DNA from: Octopus sinensis
Taxonomy: Eukaryota
Length of the DNA: 57,509 bases
Direction of reading: 5' to 3'
Assembly (NCBI RefSeq): GCF_006345805.1
Contig: NW_021833072.1
Coordinates: forward strand, 1-57,509
Part shown: piece after piece, positions 38,382-51,718 of the stretch
Position numbering within the stretch: the first letter of the stretch is position 1
Layout: each line of letters starts with the position of its first letter
The notes under the pieces: generated by a model
What the model was told of the DNA's origin: nothing
Databases searched by the model: none
The model's input: only the letters and a program-made list of their open reading frames with translations
Position numbers and translations under genes: made by a program

Positions 38382-38711
38382 TTGTACAAATTGCCAGCTT
38401 CTCACCCGCTGATGGTTTCACTATTGGAGTACCAAATATGATGAACATTGTATGTTCATATACAACGACGAATCTAACTTCGTTCAGCCTCGTACAAAAC
38501 AACAATTCCGTCGTAGAGATGCAATACAACCAAAACTCTGGGTTCTTTCAAACTATAAGGAATGAGAAAGCTTTCGTCTGTACTTTGACCCAATTTTCAT
38601 CGAATTCTGGTGTGGTTAAGTGTTTCAAACGGAACCTCAATTGCGAGGATGTGGGAGAATACAGATGTCTTTTATCAGAAACAGATATTTCCAATCCAGA
38701 GATTCTGAAAG
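38382..38711 (+). CDS. Gene B exon 2: Ig-like domain D1
   Basis: Acceptor ttttcctttatag, 330 nt phase 1-1, donor ag|gtcagt; VQIASFSPADGFTIG...IVC...FVC...VVKCFKRNLNCEDVGEYRC. Confidence 0.85.
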
Positions 38712-38769
38712 GTCAGTACATCACCCACGTCGTTAGTATTCACTATTCAACATTATTACTTTTTCGAAC

Positions 38770-39180
38770 TAAGGCGGCGAGAGCTGGCAGAATCGTTAAC
38801 ACGACGGGCGAAATGCTTAGCGGTATTTCGTCTGCCGCTACGTTTTGAGTTCAAATTCCGCCAAGGTCGACTTTGCCTTTCATCCTTTCGGGGGTCGAAA
38901 TAATTAAGTACTAGTTACGCACTGCTGGGTCGATGTAATCGAACTAATCCCTTTGTCTGTCCTTGTTTGTCCCTCCTCTGTGTTTAGCCCCTTGTGGGTA
39001 GTAAAGAAATAGGTATTTCGTCTGCCACTACGTTTTGAGTTCAAATTCCGCCGAGGTCGACTTTGCCTTTCATCCTTTCGGGATCGATGAATTAAGTACC
39101 CGTTATGCACTGGTATAATCGACTTTGTCTGTCCTTGTTTGTCCCCTCTGTGTGTAGCCCCTTGTGGGTAGTATAGAAAT
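38770..39180 (+). mobile_element. SINE family C, two tandem units
   Basis: Head ggcggcgagagctggcag plus two body units. Confidence 0.8.
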
Positions 39181-39505
39181 ATATATGCATGTATTAATAT
39201 TTGTATGTATGTATGCATATGCATGTATGTGTGTATGTGTGTGTATATGTATGTATGTATACGTGTGCGTATATTTCTATGTATGTATACTTAGGTCTTT
39301 ATGCAGGTAGTGTCGCCATGTAAACTGTGCTCACCCTGCTCTAGCACTTCTTTATAAAATAGAAAGTGAAACCTTGAAATAGCATCTTAAGTTTCAGAAA
39401 TGTTCTTCATTTAAATTTTTGCATCAACACTCCAAGTTTGTACCAAAGCATCCCCCGAATATGTTATTGTGAAATTATTCTTCCAACGATTATTTTATTT
39501 TTCAG

Positions 39506-39823
39506 TGAAACCTTCCATTAAGAGTTTCGTACTTGCCGAGAATGACTTTCAAATGAGCAGGATGGCTACATTCAAGTGCACAGCAAATGTACCATGGCCT
39601 AATCCATGGGAAGAAGTCGTCTTTCGATGGACATTAATACGCAACGGAAGGAACGTTGTGACTGAAGATAGAGCGAGAGTTTGGGGTTCTGACAAATGTT
39701 ATACTGAAGTAACTTCATCCTATAAACACGTTGTACATTTTGATAGCTTCTCTTCCCATTCAATCATTTCTTGTACAGTATTTAACCAGACACGTACTAG
39801 GAACATCGACCCCCCTATGCCAA
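39506..39823 (+). CDS. Gene B exon 3: Ig-like domain D2
   Basis: Acceptor ttatttttcag, 318 nt phase 1-1, donor a|gtaagc; VKPSIKSF...FKCTANV...VVFRW...DKCYTEVTSS...SCTVFNQT. Confidence 0.88.
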
Positions 39824-39881
39824 GTAAGCAAATATTTTTTTGTGTTGTATTGATCGCTGTATTTATTTATTTATCTCTCAA

Positions 39882-40642
39882 CTAGCAGTATCGCCCGGCG
39901 TTGCTTGGGTTTGTTTCGAGCCTTTAGAATTGGAATTTTTGAAAAGTAAAAATTTTGCATTATGTAGCTTGTTATTCTCTTTAATTGAACATTTTCTGGT
40001 TGAAATACACCGAAAACGGCGACACAGCAGTCAAAAAATCGTTAAAAAAATAGGATTTTCATAGAAAAAAAGCACCTTTTTGATATAAATAATTTTTGGT
40101 GTTAACATGGTCCGATTGGAATTTTTTCTTCTACGGAAGCCTTCTTCTATCATACTCTCAATTTGGTCAACTCGCGCCGCAGGGTCTCGGAGGAGATGGT
40201 GTTAGTTGAAGGCCACCAAACCTGCCATATACAGACAACTTCAGTTTTATATATATATACTAGCAGTATCGCCCGGCGTTGCTCAGGTTTGTAAGGGAAA
40301 TAACTATAAAGCATTTTTAGAGAGTTATAGCCAAAAAATAGCAAAAAATGGAAAAAAAATTATGGTAATTTTTTTTTTTAGTTAAAAAAGGTGGAGTTGC
40401 GTCCCCTAGACAGTTTGCGGTTTGTGTTTCTGATTCTCGACCCCATGTCGAATTTATCGATTTTTTTCAGAACTGGGGGAACTTTTCAACATTTTCGCTG
40501 CGTTAGTTTTGAATTATGACATTGGGCTATGTGTGTGTCAAGTTTCATCAGAATCGGTTGAGAGCCGTGGTCAGGGTGAGGGTACAAGCAAACAGACACA
40601 CAGAAACACGCACAGACAAACTGCCGTTTATATAGAGAGAGA
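39882..40642 (-). mobile_element. Two back-to-back non-autonomous Helitron-like elements (39882-40258; 40260-40642)
   Basis: Each has the actagcagtatcgcccggcgttgct hairpin/CTAG end and a tatatataa 5' end. Confidence 0.7.
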
Positions 40643-41088
40643 TACAAAAATATATGGATACGATTGTTATAGGCCACGTGTGTGTACGTGCAGTTTGTCG
40701 CTTTTCTGACAGAAAACATTGTTGCATTCCTAAGATGTTTCTGGTTGAGTGGTTAAATATACTGAATGCATTTACAAAACTCTTTGCCTCAAACCTCAAC
40801 TGCAATTAGGTCATATATAATATTTAAAAGAAACGAACCACTTTTTTCTAGAAGTCATCTAACCAGTTTCTGAACATAAGTCCCAATTACCTTCTCTGTT
40901 TGTTGTTCCTGTACACTTGTATATGTAGCACATCTGACGTAATTGCTCTTAGTAAATATTTCTAGCCAATGGGAGCAGTTTGAAAGTAACACGTGGTTTC
41001 TTAGTTTGCATAACAGAATAGAGTTTCTCGTTCCGTTTGAAATCACAGAAGGCTGGACTTCCGCAGACTAATATATCATATGAAAATA

Positions 41089-41505
41089 TGGCGGCGAGCT
41101 GACAGAAACGGTAGCACGCCGGGCGAAATGCGTAGCCGTATTTCGTCTGCCGTTACGTTCTGAGTTCAAATTTCGCCGAGGTCGACTTTGCCTTCCATCC
41201 TTTCGGGGTCGATAAATTAAGTACCAGTTACGCACTGGGGTCGATGTCATCGACTTAATCCGTCTGTCTGTCCTTGTTTGTCCCCTCTGTGTTTAGCCCC
41301 TTGTGGTTAGCAAAGAAATAGGTATTTCGTCTGCCGCTACGTTCTGAGTTCAAATTCCGCCGAGGTCGATTTTGCCTTTCATCCTTTCGGGGTCGATAAA
41401 TTAAGTACTAGTTACGCACTGGGGTCGATATAATCGACTTAATCCGTCTGTCTGTCCTTGTTTGTCCCCTCTGTGTGTAGCCCCTTGTGGGTAGTAAAGA
41501 AAATA
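41089..41505 (+). mobile_element. SINE family C, two tandem units, with probable TSD atatgaaaata
   Basis: atatgaaaata at ~41078 and ~41510. Confidence 0.8.
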
Positions 41506-41618
41506 TAGTATATGAAAATAAGTGGACATTTAGACATCTACGCATATAAGAACATATATAGATAAAAAGAATATATTCATAAGTATTTTCCCTAACTCAT
41601 CTATATTTTATCTTACAG

Positions 41619-41715
41619 GGGATCTGCTGATGCCTCATCTGGTATACAGTACTATAAATGGGTTTTGGTCGCTAATCTCATTCTTGTACTTCTGGTGGTT
41701 ACAATTTCCCACTAG
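41619..41715 (+). CDS. Gene B exon 4: GPI-signal-like tail GSADASSGIQYYKWVLVANLILVLLVVTISH* (1 nt out of phase as assembled)
   Basis: Acceptor ttttatcttacag; homologous frame ends at TAG 41713-41715; 97 nt versus 95 nt in genes A and C. Confidence 0.7.
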
Positions 41716-42228
41716 CATCAACCCGTTTGGCAAGAAGTTGATAATGAAGGTTTGTAAAGATAAATTTCTTTCTTTTTCCTTTTGCTTCTCTTTCTTATCT
41801 TTCCTCTCCAGCATTTTCTTTCTTCTCCTCCTTATCAGTTTTCTCCCTCTCTCTCTCTCACTCTCGCTATATATATATAATATATATATATATATATTAT
41901 GATATGTAGAAAAATACAAACTGAGACAAGAACGCATAAAAACTGAGAAGACGATACAACAAACATAGACAGGACATTCGAAGCCCTCAGTCTTCAGTCA
42001 AGAACCGGATTATCGTAGTAATTTCGGCTGATTAATCTTGAGATTACTAGAACCGGCCAGCCCTCCCGGAAAAACTAAGCAACGAGCATTAGAAAAACTA
42101 AGCTAGGAGCGTAGATTTCCTGGAAGAAGGATCGAATGCATACGAACACAAAGACAGCAAAACGGACGGTGCCACACGAATATAAAAAACAAAAAACAAT
42201 AATGAAATACAAAAACGTGGAATACAAA

Positions 42229-42294
<66 letters not shown>

Positions 42295-42296
<2 letters not shown>

Positions 42297-42810
42297 CGCA
42301 GGAGTGGCTGTGTGGTAAGTAGCTTGCGCTAACCAACACATGGTTCCGGGTTCAGTCCCACTGCGTGGATCTTGGGCAAGTGTCTTTCCTATAGTCCCGG
42401 GGTCGATTTGCTCGACTAAAGATGGTTCTCCAGCATGGCCGCAGTCAAATGACTGAAACAAGTAAAAGAGTATATACATATATACATATATATATATCAT
42501 ATATATATATGAGACGCAATGGCCCAGTGGTTAGGGCACCGGACTCGCGGTCGTAGGATCACGGTTTCGATTCCCAGACCGGGTGTTGTGAGTGTTCATT
42601 GAGCGAAAACACCTGAAGCTCCACGATGCTCCGGCAGGGGGTGGTGGCGATCCCTGCTGTACTCTTTAGCCACAACATTCTCTCACTCTTTCTTCTGTCG
42701 GCCCGCTCGCTTAGCCAGCGGGGTGGCGTCATTTGAAACCTAAAACAATGCGAAGTGCATTGTGACCAGCGATGTGTAGCTACATCTGATAGCCTGGTCG
42801 GTCACGGTGA
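42295..42810 (+). mobile_element. Internally deleted SINE B (42295-42470) and a SINE A head joined to a different 3' module (42510-42810)
   Basis: SINE A homology stops after ctctcactctt; continues ttcttctgtcggcccgctcgcttagccagcgggg...ggtcggtcacggtgat. Confidence 0.65.
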
Positions 42811-42827
42811 TATATATATATATATAT

Positions 42828-43031
42828 AGTTGATTCGCTAGCTTCTGCACGCATTTTTTTTCTCTCCTTGTTTCTCTCCGTGTTTCTTTTCTGTGTATCT
42901 TTCTGTTGAAGAGCGTAGGCTCGAAACGTAAAAGACTTGTTTTATTTCTATTCCTGAGCGCCATACTAATACAATTGTTTGTTTGTACTCCACCTGCCTT
43001 CGTCTTTTGTTTATTTTCATAAAGCTTCCCG

Positions 43032-43035
<4 letters not shown>
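42828..43035 (+). mobile_element. Penelope-like terminal remnant in (AT)n with hammerhead-like motif
   Basis: tcttt ctgttga a gagc gtag gctc gaaac gta aaaga at 42898-42935; related to 26660-26870; (AT)n on both sides. Confidence 0.55.
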
Positions 43036-43079
<44 letters not shown>

Positions 43080-43090
43080 TGTGTGTGTGA

Positions 43091-43143
<53 letters not shown>

Positions 43144-43284
43144 AGTGGGCGTTGGGGTCTCTAATGCTGCATTTAAATCAATCTTAAACTGGTGTGGTTG
43201 GCCTAAACCGCTTGGAATCTTCGCTCTTTGTTGTTCCAACGATTTTCATTCTGCAAGATGTCCACCAACAGTTATTTGAACAAA

Positions 43285-43570
43285 ATGTCAGAGATCGGCC
43301 TGTACAGTTATATTGGTGCCAAACACCACTCTCTGCCTGAATGATGGCCTCGTTAACTCCACAGAAAAGACCGTTTCCAGGGATCGAGTGATTTCCCTTT
43401 GTTTTATACTTCACGCACAAGATGGCGGCTTTCAACGTGTCTGTGATAATAAGAGGCAACCAACTTGTCCCTTTCTCTCTCACTCCCTTTTATCCTCTCT
43501 TCTTCCTCCTTTTTCACCTCTATTTTTCTCCCTTCTAGCTCCCACTGTCTCCCCTCTCTATCGATCTCTG

Positions 43571-43602
<32 letters not shown>

Positions 43603-44030
43603 TTCCCTCCTCTTCTCTATTCCCCTCTCTCCCTCTTATTTTTCTCTCTTCTCTCCGTCTCTCTCCCTCTAGCAATTTCTCTCCATATCTTCTCTTCCCT
43701 GTCTTTCTCTCTCAACAACTCTCCAGATGTATTAGTCCTGCTGGGTGGTCACATATTTATAAATATTCGCGACCAACAACTGCTGTGACAAGAATTCAGT
43801 CATGCCAAGACACATGCGGGGCTTTTCTTGGGTAATCCACCCGCCGAGGGCTTAAAGGTGACCAGCACGCCGATGTAGGTGGTGGCATTGATTCTGGGAC
43901 CCAAGGGAAACAAGCGAATTTGCAAGATATAATCCTCATTCCTCACCTCCCTACGACCATCAGAGACATCTCCGCGAATACAATATTGATGCCTGAACAT
44001 ACGCATCTCCCGTTCATCCGGTTTGCTTTT
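43285..44030 (-). mobile_element. Paralogous copy of the decayed mariner relic downstream of gene B
   Basis: Colinear with 19985-20830, including the central (TC)n expansion. Confidence 0.55.
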
Positions 44031-44924
44031 TGGTTTTGTTGGAATTTGTTGTTACTTGGGAAGAAGCAAAGAACGACTGGTTACTCGGAGTACTCCAGTT
44101 TAATCAACAAACTCTTCGATCAAGTCTGTCAGTTCTCACAAACACACCAGAAGCCTATACCCATCCTCAGCAACACAAAATACCCTCGTGGGCCTAGTTT
44201 TACATTGAGACTAAATACATATCAATACGTCTCTGTATATTTATTTATTCTATAGTGTTACTTCTCTCAAACCCGAGTCTCGTCCCAGTCGAAAGGTTGG
44301 TTACTTCCCCTGTTGGTGTGTTCTCCTGCGATTTTTCTTTTATCGTTCTGTTCTTTGATGTTTGTCCCTCATAGATTTAGGTTCCACCTACCGACACCAC
44401 TAGTCTGAGAGACACCATCAAAAGTTGTCTAAACCCCATTTATTTATTTACTTATCTATTTATTTATCAATCTATTTATATATTTATTTACAGATTCCGC
44501 TTGACGTTAACTGAATTTAGTATCGACCAACGATTTAACTGATGTGACATTATCCATGGTTCTTCTCCAGAACAAGATTCTACAAGATCTATATTAATTC
44601 TTTATTACTAATCTCACTTCTTAATTCTAATTTATGTAAGTCTGTAACTGTAGTAAAACTAACAATATTAACAATCTCACATTTAATTTACTGTAATATA
44701 TACACAAAATCTGAATATATTTACTTAGTTTCATAAGTTTAAAGCGATCATTTGTTAAGTTAACAAAAAGGTTAGAAGTAAAATTGTTTAGTAACTACAT
44801 TAAAGCTATTTTGATTTAAATGTTAAACGTTATTCTTATATGAAATATATATAATATGTAAGAATCCGTATGTAATATATGAATAAATGCAGTTGAAAAT
44901 CAGTTTGTCCTTTGTCCTTTATCA

Positions 44925-45470
44925 TCTGGAAAAGATTTTCTAACTAGAAAGGGTATAGCCTGGTCGGCCTGTAATGACATGCATAAGATCTGGTCATCAA
45001 ATCTAAGTAGAGACTTCAAACTTGAAATCTTCAAAGCCACAGTCGAGCCAATTCTACTATATGGCTCAGAAACCTGGACGTTATCAAAGAAGCTTAAGAG
45101 GCGGTTGGATGGAACTTACACTCGCCTCCTTATGAGAGCTCAAAATTTCTCGTGGAAGCTCATCCAACCAAAATGCAAATATATGGGAAACTACCACCTG
45201 TGTCATCTCTTGTGAAAGGTAGGAGAGTCCAGTTTGCTGGACATTGTTGTAGAGCTGAAAAAGAGGTAATTTCTACTCTTCTCCTCTGGAAGCCATCTAC
45301 TCGCAATACCAGAGGGCGCACACTCTCCTACCCTGATGTAATCTCCAGGGATACAGGCATCCAGCAACAGGACCTCCGTAATGCCATGATGGACCGTGAC
45401 GTCTGGCGTAGCATGGTAAATTCCATTGTCTCGACCACGGTCGAACAACGATGATGATGATGATGATGAA
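44925..45470 (+). mobile_element. 5'-truncated RTE-clade LINE 3' end with (GAT)n tail
   Basis: IFKATVEPILLYGSETWTL...RLDGTYTRLL, one frameshift near 45168, then RRVQFAGHC..R...LLW; ends cgaacaacgatgatgatgatg. Confidence 0.8.
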
Positions 45471-45764
45471 GGAATATGGCTATAGAGGGAGAGTTCATTA
45501 AATTTACACTTCACCATTAGTTTTAATAATATTAACTATTCGTATAATCACCGTTGTATTCTGTACTGAATCAATTCAAAAGCGAACCTCATTTGTATAA
45601 ACGATCAGCTTGGCGATAAATAATTTTCATACACAGGACAAGAGAACTTGTAGTCAATCGCTATTTAAATCAAACAAAAACTGCAACTTTGCTTTAATGG
45701 GAAGACAAATTTGCAGTTTGCTTGTAACGTCATTAATACATACACATATATATATATATACTCT

Positions 45765-46122
45765 CTCTCTTTACTTGTTTCGGTCATTTGACTGCGGCCA
45801 TGCTGGAGCACCACCTTTTAGTACTTATTCTATCGGTCTCTTTTTGCCGAACCGCTAAGTGACGGGGACGTAAACACACCAGCATCGGTTGTCAAGCAAT
45901 GCTAGGGGGACAAACACACACACACACACACACACATATACATATATATACATATATACGACAGGCTTCTTTCAGTTTCCGTCTACCAAATCCACTCACA
46001 AGGCATTGGTCGGCCCGGGGCTATAGGAGAATACACTTGCCCAAGATGCCACGCAGTGGGACTGAACCCGGAACCATGTGGTTGGTTAGCAAGCTACTCA
46101 CCACACAGCCATTCCTGCGCCT
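45765..46122 (-). mobile_element. SINE family B
   Basis: Matches the family with a small internal deletion. Confidence 0.8.
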
Positions 46123-46134
46123 ATATATATATAT

Positions 46135-46174
<40 letters not shown>

Positions 46175-46263
46175 CGAGACGCTTCTTTCATAGTTTCTCG
46201 TCTACTAAATCCTCTCGCAAGGTTCTGGTCAGCCCGACGCCAAAGTAGAAGAAAACGTCTTAA

Positions 46264-46655
46264 TCTCTATATATATAAAGCTGAAGTTGTCTGCGTATGG
46301 CAGATTTGGTAGCCTTCAACTAACACTATCTCCTCCGAGACCCTGCGGCGCAAGTTGACCACAATTGAGAGAATGATAGAAGAAGGCTTGCTCTTCCTTC
46401 CGTAGAAGAAAACATTCTAATCGGACCATGTTAACACCAAAAATTATTTACATCAAAAGGCTTCTTTTTTTTTTTGAAAATCCCTATTTTTTATGAATTG
46501 TTGACTGCTGTATCGTCATTTTTCGGTGTATTTTAACCAGAAAAATGTTCACTTAAAGAGAATAACAAGCTACATAATGCAAATTTTTTACTTTTCAAAA
46601 ATTCCAATTCTAAAGGGTCGAAACAAACCCGATCAACGCCGGGTGACACTGCTAG
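46264..46655 (+). mobile_element. Non-autonomous Helitron-like element (same family as 2936-3319)
   Basis: TC start, hairpin cccgatcaacgccggg, CTAG end, A|T target. Confidence 0.7.
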
Positions 46656-47741
46656 TTATTTATATTTTATTCCTAAATTTTGTCACAGAACGTTAATAAT
46701 AAAAAGAGCCAGTTTAGGAAAGAGGAATGAACAGAATGCGTGGATCAGGTTCTAAAGAAAAACGCTATTGGGCGTGAATTTGATATTGGTTCTGGAAGAA
46801 TTTATAACAAGAAAGAGCAAAAGAAGAGGTTAAATAAAGTTTATGGCAAGTTCAAAGAGAACTGAATGGGTTTTCCCACGATCAAACGAGAAGCCGACGA
46901 TCTTCGCAGTAAAGAAAACCGGTCACCTAGTGGTTATGCGTGTGTGTAGGAGCGGTGATTATGGGTGCGCGCGCATATGTATGTGTGTGTGTGCGTGTCT
47001 TTGTGTGAGTGAGTGTGTGCGTTTGTGTGTGCGTTTGTGTCTGTGAGTCGTTGTGTGCGTATGTTTGTCTGTGTCTGTGCTTGTGTGTGTGTGTGTGTGT
47101 GTGTGTGCAAGAGAGAGAACGAGAGCGAGAGAGAGAGAGAGAGAGAAAGAGTAGAACAAAGTCTGCGTGTGTATGTGTATGTGTGTGTGTCTGTTTATGT
47201 GTCTGTGTGTGTGTGTTTATGTGTGTGTGTGTCTGTGTGTGTCTGTGTCTGTGTCTGTATGTGTGCGTGTCTGTGTGTGTGTCTGTGTCTGTGTATGCAT
47301 ATATATATATATATATATATATGAGTTTTATACATATATAAACTAAGTGTATGAACTATATTTGGAATACAAGACAATATAACAGATTTTACATATGAAT
47401 ATTATGGATTATTGCAGAAGAATAACCAAGGAAGTATATATGGATTGAAAGACTCTCATCAAAAGCAGCAATTTTTAATTTTTCATTTTTAATTTAGATT
47501 TCAAACAAACACAATTTTATAGTATCACTTCACATTTAAAAAAGAAAGACTACCATTCGATATGTTATACAAGAATCAAATTTTATATCTCTGAAGAGCA
47601 GAAGAGTTGTCTATGAATGCTTATCAATATAGGATTCCATTCTAGGGACAGCACTTATGTGAAACGATCGTAAGATGCTTTAAATACTTAATTCAAAGCT
47701 TTTAAACTGTCATATACATTATATATTTATACTTATACAGT

Positions 47742-48060
47742 GAGGGCGCGTGGCTTAGTGGTTAGGGCATTCGGCTCATGATCGTAAGGTTGTGAGTTCG
47801 ATTCCCGGCGACGCGTTGTGTCCTTGAGCAGACACTTTATTTCACGTTGCTCCAGTCCACTCAGCTGGCAAAAATGAGTTGTACTTGTATTTCAAGGGTC
47901 AGCCTTGTCACTCTCTGTGTCACGCTGATTATCATCACCGAGAACTACGTTAAGGGTACACGTGTCTGTGGAATGCTCAGCTATTTGCACGTTAATTCAC
48001 GAGCAACTGTTCCGTTGATCGTATCAGCTGGGACCCTCGTCGTCGTAACCGGCGGAGTCT
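47742..48060 (+). mobile_element. SINE with a different tRNA-like head but the family A 3' tail
   Basis: A-box tggcttagtggttag, B-box gagttcgattccc, core gttgtgtccttgagcagacacttta, then cttgtcactctctgtgtcacgctga...cgtaaccggcggag. Confidence 0.75.
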
Positions 48061-48372
48061 TTTAGATACTTATACATATGTACATATATTTTTAATACAA
48101 CAATTATTTCTCACTCGTGTATATCTTTCTGTATAGTTTTCTGATATTGATTTCCTGATATTCATGATAATATATTATTACAAAATATCTATGTATATAA
48201 TCGCTCGTATTAAATATATAAATACTTTAATAGTATCAGTAATTTGATGCAATAGATCACTCAATATAAATTCAGTATATGATATTCTCATTGAATATAT
48301 TTAACTTAAGATTTATACATACATATACATATATATACATATTCACATATATACATATATATATATATCCAT

Positions 48373-48459
<87 letters not shown>

Positions 48460-48613
48460 TGTATATAGATAGATGAAAAGCAAAGTCGACCTCGGCGTAA
48501 TTTGAACTCAACACGCAACGGCAGACGAAATACCGCTAAACATTTCGCCCGGCATGCTAACGATTTTGCCAGCTCGCCGCCTTAAATATGAATATATATG
48601 TGTGTGTGGGGGG

Positions 48614-48652
<39 letters not shown>

Positions 48653-49005
48653 TATTTTAAAATAGTGTACATTTAAACACAAAAGAAAACTACCCTTTAA
48701 CAGATAATTTTTACATGCTAGAAATAGCAGCCAACACAACCAAAACCACGATTTAATAACAATTTTCGAAGTAAATGAAAAATAAAAACTTTGTTATTTT
48801 AATTATAAGCTCGGCATTGTATTGTTTGCCGCCTATATATATATATATATATAGTGCGTGTGTGTGAGTATGAATGCGTAGATAGATAGATAGATAGACA
48901 AACAGACAGACAGATAAGGGAAGGTTAGAGGGAAACACAAGGTGAAAAAAGAGAAAATTTATTTTACAAAGTTTCAGTATAATCTCTGTGCAAAACGGGA
49001 TGAGG

Positions 49006-49100
49006 CTAGCGGGAAATTGCAACAGCCAGAAGCAGAATAATCAGGTTGATGACCAAAACCCATTTGGAGAATTGTGTAACAGAACCGGTGTTGCAACGAA
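49006..49100 (-). CDS. Gene C last exon: GPI-signal-like tail (L)RCNTGSVTQFSKWVLVINLIILLLAVAISR*
   Basis: Acceptor atcttgtctttgcag, phase 1, 95 nt, TAG; homologous to the gene A and B tails. Confidence 0.82.
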
Positions 49101-49257
49101 CTGCAAAGACAAGATAGACATATATCAAAGAAAACATTTGTTCAATCAAAGAACGAAGATTAATGATTAAGCACGAAGATTAATCAAAGACCGAAAATTA
49201 AGAGCTGATGACAATATTAAGTTTACGTTCATACTTGGGGAAAAAATGAGTTTATAC

Positions 49258-49710
49258 CTATTTCTTCACTACCCACAAGGGGCTAAACACAGATAGGACA
49301 AACAAGGACAGACAAACGGATTAAGTCGATCACATCGACCCCAGTGCGTAACTGGTACTTGATTTATCGACCCCGAAAGGATGAAAGGCAAAGTCGACCT
49401 CGGCAGAATTTGAACTCAGAATGTAACGGCAGACGAAATACGGCTAAGCATTTCGCCCGGCGTGATAACGTTTCCTATTTCTTTATTGCTCACAAGGGGC
49501 TAAACATAAAAGGGACAAACAAGGACAGACAAACGGATTAAGTCGATTACATCGACCCCAGTGCATAACTGATACTTGATTTATCGACCCCGAAAGGATG
49601 AAAAGCAAAGTCGACCTCGGCGGAATTTGAACTCAGAACGTAACGGCAGACGAAATACGGCTAAGCATTTCGCCCGGCGTGCTAACGTTTCTGCCAGCTC
49701 GCTGCCTTAA
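49258..49710 (-). mobile_element. Two tandem SINE family C copies
   Basis: Reverse complement of family C with heads near 49440 and 49700. Confidence 0.8.
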
Positions 49711-49882
49711 ATACGTTTATACCACTTTGAACATTATGTCTGTTTGTTTGCCATCGGGGGCGTGTGTGTGGTGTGTGTGCTGTGGTGTGTGTGTGTGTGC
49801 GTGTGTGTGTGCGTGTGTGTGTGTGTGCGTGTGTGTGTGTGTGTGTATGTACGGTAATATGAGAAAGAAAATATTTGCTTAC

Positions 49883-50200
49883 GTTTAGTCCAGGAATAGA
49901 CAGATACCTCTCGTGTCTGCTGAAATACTGTACATTTGACGAATGTATATGAGCCGGGATTTTTCAAAGAATTACACGGATAGAATGAAGATATCTCAGT
50001 ATAACATTTGTCCAAAGCAGGGACAGTCACACTTTCTACTCTATCGTCTGTTTTATCTGTATAATATCTTCCAATTTCCCATTGAAAGGTGACGTCTTTT
50101 TTCTCAGGTAACACAGCATTTGCCTCGCACAAATATCCCGAGTCATTGCTCCATTTATTGCGGCGGTCAAAATACACCAGTCTCTTTACAGAAGATACCG
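49883..50200 (-). CDS. Gene C Ig-like D2 exon
   Basis: Acceptor atttattttcag, 318 nt (same as gene B), phase 1-1, donor c|gtaagc; YLCEANAV...VTFQW...DKCYTEISS...KCTVFQQTR. Confidence 0.85.
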
Positions 50201-50436
50201 CTGAAAATAAATGTTAAAACAATATTTTCACAATAACACAGCAGAAAGATGCGTTGGTTCAAGCGATAGTATCGATACAGGACTACAATGTTGAACACGT
50301 CTCAAACTAACCGACTTGCCTGTAGTATCATGCATGGTTTTTTCGGGCTAAATGTTCAGCAAAGTTTTTCTTTTAAGAAAAGTAGTCTGTATGACGATAA
50401 TTCATGCATAGATATGTAAGTACACTAAATACGTAT

Positions 50437-50890
50437 GAAGAAGAAGAGGAGGAGGAGGAGGAAGGAGGAGGAGGAGGAGGAGGAGGAGGAGAAGAGAAGA
50501 AAGAGAAGAAAGAAGAAGAAGAAGAAGAGCAGAAGAAGAAGAAGAAGAGGAAGAAGAGGAGGAGAAGAAGAAGGCGGGGAGAGAAGAGAAGAAGAAGAGG
50601 AAGAAGAAGAAGAAGAGGAGGAGGGAAGAAGAAAAAGAAGAGAAGAAGGAGAAGAAGAAGAAGAAGAAGAGAAGAAGAAGGATATAGAAAAGAGAAATAA
50701 GAAGAAGAGAAGAGGGGAGGAGGAGGAGGAGGAAGGAAGAAGAGAGGAGGAGAGGAGGAGAAGAGAAAGGAAAAGAAGAAGAAGGATAAGAAGATGAAGA
50801 AGGAGGAGGAGGAGAAGAAGAAGAAGGAAAAGAAGAAGAAGGATAAGAAGAAGAAGAAGAAGAAGAAGAAGGATAAGAAGAAGAAGAAGA
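50437..50890. repeat. (GAA/GGA)n polypurine tract
   Basis: Direct reading. Confidence 0.95.
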
Positions 50891-51078
50891 ATTTTTGCAC
50901 AAGGACAGCAATTTCAGTGTTCAAATGGTACTTATTTTATTGGTCCCTAAAAGATGAAAGACAAAGTTGTTGACCTGAGCGGAATTCGAACTTAGAACGT
51001 TAAAACGGACGAAACACCACCAAGCAAAAACAACAACATCAATAATAATAATTATGATTATTATCATTATTATTATTA

Positions 51079-51130
<52 letters not shown>

Positions 51131-51185
51131 CATTATTATTATTATGATTATTATTATTATCATTATTATTATTATTATCATCATC

Positions 51186-51233
<48 letters not shown>

Positions 51234-51265
51234 TATTATTATTATTATTATTATTATATTATTAT

Positions 51266-51297
<32 letters not shown>

Positions 51298-51304
51298 TAC
51301 AGTA

Positions 51305-51630
51305 GTATAATTTTTATAGCGTGCTTTCACTTCACTACCGAGCGCAGCTCTGTGGCCTTGGGTATGTGCTGTGATTTGTTGTGATGCTCTGATGGTATTG
51401 TATGGAAAGTGTTCTGCATAGGAGTGGTGCAGTGCCTAGTAGTGCAATTTCTGTATGTTATATGTGTTTGTAAGTCCTGGTGTTTTTGTTATGTATTTGT
51501 CTGAATATTTTTTTCTTATGCCTAATGCACCTATTATGATAGGAATTGTTTCTGTTTTTAGACTCCGCTTTCAAGTTACCTCTCCAGGTCTTTGTATTTT
51601 GAAAGTTTCTCCGTTTCTTTTAGAGACACG
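51305..51630 (-). mobile_element. R4/Dong-like 3' fragment (family 3) in (TAT)n
   Basis: Minus-strand SLKTETIPIIIGALG...KYITKTPGLTNIYNIQKIALLGTA; TAT repeats on both sides. Confidence 0.7.
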
Positions 51631-51654
51631 TTGTTATTATTATTATTATCTTTA

Positions 51655-51718
<64 letters not shown>

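Noticed and set aside
41900-42240. Fourth hammerhead in this Penelope-like piece (ctgaaga...cgaatgtc, minus strand)
   Set aside because: Stem II does not pair and GAAA is incomplete
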